A stretch of 63,979 nt of DNA, filler included, from Vicugna vicugna (Eukaryota): NCBI GenBank assembly GCA_013265495.1. It is 75 parts of 71 records of this genome, joined end to end, with 100 filler letters (N's around TTAATTAATTAA, not from the genome) between each part and the next. Parts side by side here need not be neighbours in the genome. Positions count along the whole stretch, not along the records: positions 62,147 to 63,435 come from MU061671.1; positions 63,536 to 63,754 come from MU061684.1; positions 63,855 to 63,979 come from MU061819.1; 72 more parts are not named here. One strand, written 5' to 3'. Below the pieces are notes generated by a model. That model did not search any database and was not told where the DNA came from. It saw only the letters and a list, made by a program, of their open reading frames with translations. The translations under genes were made by a program, and so were the position numbers. Shown here piece after piece: positions 62,147 through 63,979 of this stretch; the stretch's first letter is position 1; every line of letters begins with the position of its first letter.

Positions 62147-63434
62147 TTTAGAACCCGGTGATAGGAAAAACCTATGAAGTCAGACTAAATAAATCTAAGA
62201 CTATATACGCTATGTTCGAGGGATGAAAGGTTAGTAATCCACATGCTCACAAATCAGAAATGCATGAATGCCAATCCGTCATACATGTAGCATTTCCGGA
62301 ACCCGGAATGCCATTTTGTTGGAATTCATGTAAATTACATATCTGTTAGGTGAAAATTGTTCCAGAAATATTTTTCTGTGAAAAATGCACGAATTCGAAC
62401 ATTGTGGTAGGGGAAGCTTGTGAAAATGTGTACACGTGTCTAGATGAAAATATTCCTTTTATAGAGGATGAAAGATAGTAATCCAGATGTCCTCAATTCA
62501 GAAAATCATGTTTGTCGAATCCGTCATTTATGTAGCATGAGTACGGAACACGGAATATTATGTAGATGTAATCTATTCAAATTACATATCTCTGGGGTAG
62601 AATTCGCTCCAAGAAGGTTTTTGTGGGATCCCCGTGTGATTCTTGAATCTGGTGTTAGGAAGAATCAGCGAAGTCAAAATAAATATTTCAAAGTGCATAG
62701 GTAAATTGTTTGGTGGTTGAAACATCAGTCATGCGCATGTTCACAACTCAGAAATGCATGTTTGAGGAATCCGTGATGCATGAAACATGTTCGTAATACA
62801 GAATGCCATGGTTATGTTAACAATGCAAATTACATGTGTATTGGTGAGATTTCGCTCAAAGAGTGTTTTNNNNNNNNNNNNNNNNNNNNNNNNNNNNNNN
62901 NNNNNNNNNNNNNNNNNNNNNNNNNNNNNNNNNNNNNNNNNNNNNNNNNNNNNNNNNNNNNNNNNNNNNNNNNNNNNNNNNNNNNNNNNNNNNNNNNNNN
63001 NNNNNNNNNNNNNNNNNNNNNNNNNNNNNNNNNNNNNNNNNNNNNNNNNNNNNNNNNNNNNNNNNNNNNNNNNNNNNNNNNNNNNNNNNNNNNNNNNNNN
63101 NNNNNNNNNNNNNNNNNNNNNNNNNNNNNNNNNNNNNNNNNNNNNNNNNNNNNNNNNNNNNNNNNNNNNNNNNNNNNNNNNNNNNNNNNNNNNNNNNNNN
63201 NNNNTTACAGAGGATGAAAGATTAGTAATACACATGCTCTCAACTCAGGAATGCATGTTTGTCAAATCCGTCATATATGTAGCATGTAATGAACACGGAA
63301 TATCATGTTGATGGAATCTATTCAAATTACATATCTCTAGTGTAGAATTCTCTCCAAGAGGTTTTTTCTGGGATCAAAATATGATTCTTCAAACTGGTGA
63401 TAGGCAAAAACTACGAAGTCAAAATAAATATATC
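62147..63434. repeat. ~740-bp trimeric satellite, nearly complete unit
   Basis: Three distinct subunits anchored at 62222, 62467, 62716 (245, 249 bp). Confidence 0.92.
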
Positions 63435-63535
63435 ANNNNNNNNNNNNNNNNNNNNNNNNNNNNNNNNNNNNNNNNNNNNTTAATTAATTAANNNNNNNNN
63501 NNNNNNNNNNNNNNNNNNNNNNNNNNNNNNNNNNN

Positions 63536-63754
63536 TCACAGGTGTTCCCTGTTCGGGGAAGTCAGGAAATAACTTCCCAGAACTTGGGGAGGCATCCTGT
63601 GACACTGGGATGACCTGCAATCACCCCTAGCATTCCCTGGCACAGGGACATTAGGAAAACACTCAGGGGAGACGAGCTTAGGCATTCCGTTAGAACCCAC
63701 GCGCTGCCGACCGTTGGTGGAACCTCCCCACGCTCAGGATTCCGGAACCATTGT
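63536..63754. repeat. 267-bp satellite (partial monomer)
   Basis: GTTAGAACCCACGCGCTGCCGACCGTTGGTGGAACC. Confidence 0.95.
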
Positions 63755-63854
63755 NNNNNNNNNNNNNNNNNNNNNNNNNNNNNNNNNNNNNNNNNNNNTT
63801 AATTAATTAANNNNNNNNNNNNNNNNNNNNNNNNNNNNNNNNNNNNNNNNNNNN

Positions 63855-63979
63855 TGCATTCCATATTCTAAACTCTGGTTTCTGTATTCTTTATTCTATT
63901 TTGTATATTTTGTGTTCTAAATTTTATATTCTACGTTCTATATTGTGTATTCTATAATCTATATTCTGTGTTCTACATT
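63855..63979. repeat. 7-bp satellite
   Basis: Heptamers. Confidence 0.9.

Noticed and set aside
865..63854. Regularly recurring TTAATTAATTAA separating unique 'spacers', superficially CRISPR-like or cassette-like
   Set aside because: Always embedded in 44 N on each side; an artificial six-frame-stop linker. No cas genes, and the content is mammalian.

Overview
This window is not a contiguous locus. It is an artificial concatenation of about 75 short (0.1-2.3 kb), often gapped mammalian scaffolds, joined by a 100-nt linker (N44-TTAATTAATTAA-N44, stops in all six frames). Adjacency across linkers therefore means nothing biologically. The source is probably a cetartiodactyl, possibly a camelid; this is inferred from the L1 3' ends and the 267-bp satellite. 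More than half of the fragments are satellite DNA in six families: a 7-bp AGAATAT satellite; a homogeneous 267-bp satellite; a diverged higher-order relative with the same ~267-bp monomer; a ~740-bp trimer of ~247-bp subunits; a ~248-bp monomer family related to that trimer; and a ~196-bp GC-rich repeat. Many other fragments are L1, L2, LTR or Tigger remnants. Gene-derived content: (1) an intact, intronless H2B.W-type histone gene with a full promoter and a replication-type 3' stem-loop and U7 element; (2) a CTNNB1 exon 1 plus intron 1 copy that starts at the transcription start in foreign flanking DNA, a candidate retrocopy of unspliced RNA; (3) a frameshifted ANO6 exon; (4) an ANKRD26-family exon; (5) the 5' flank and first 27 nt of a 5S rRNA gene; (6) an unidentified CpG-island promoter. 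No multi-gene novel system can be supported. Gene and repeat names come from recall, not from database searches.
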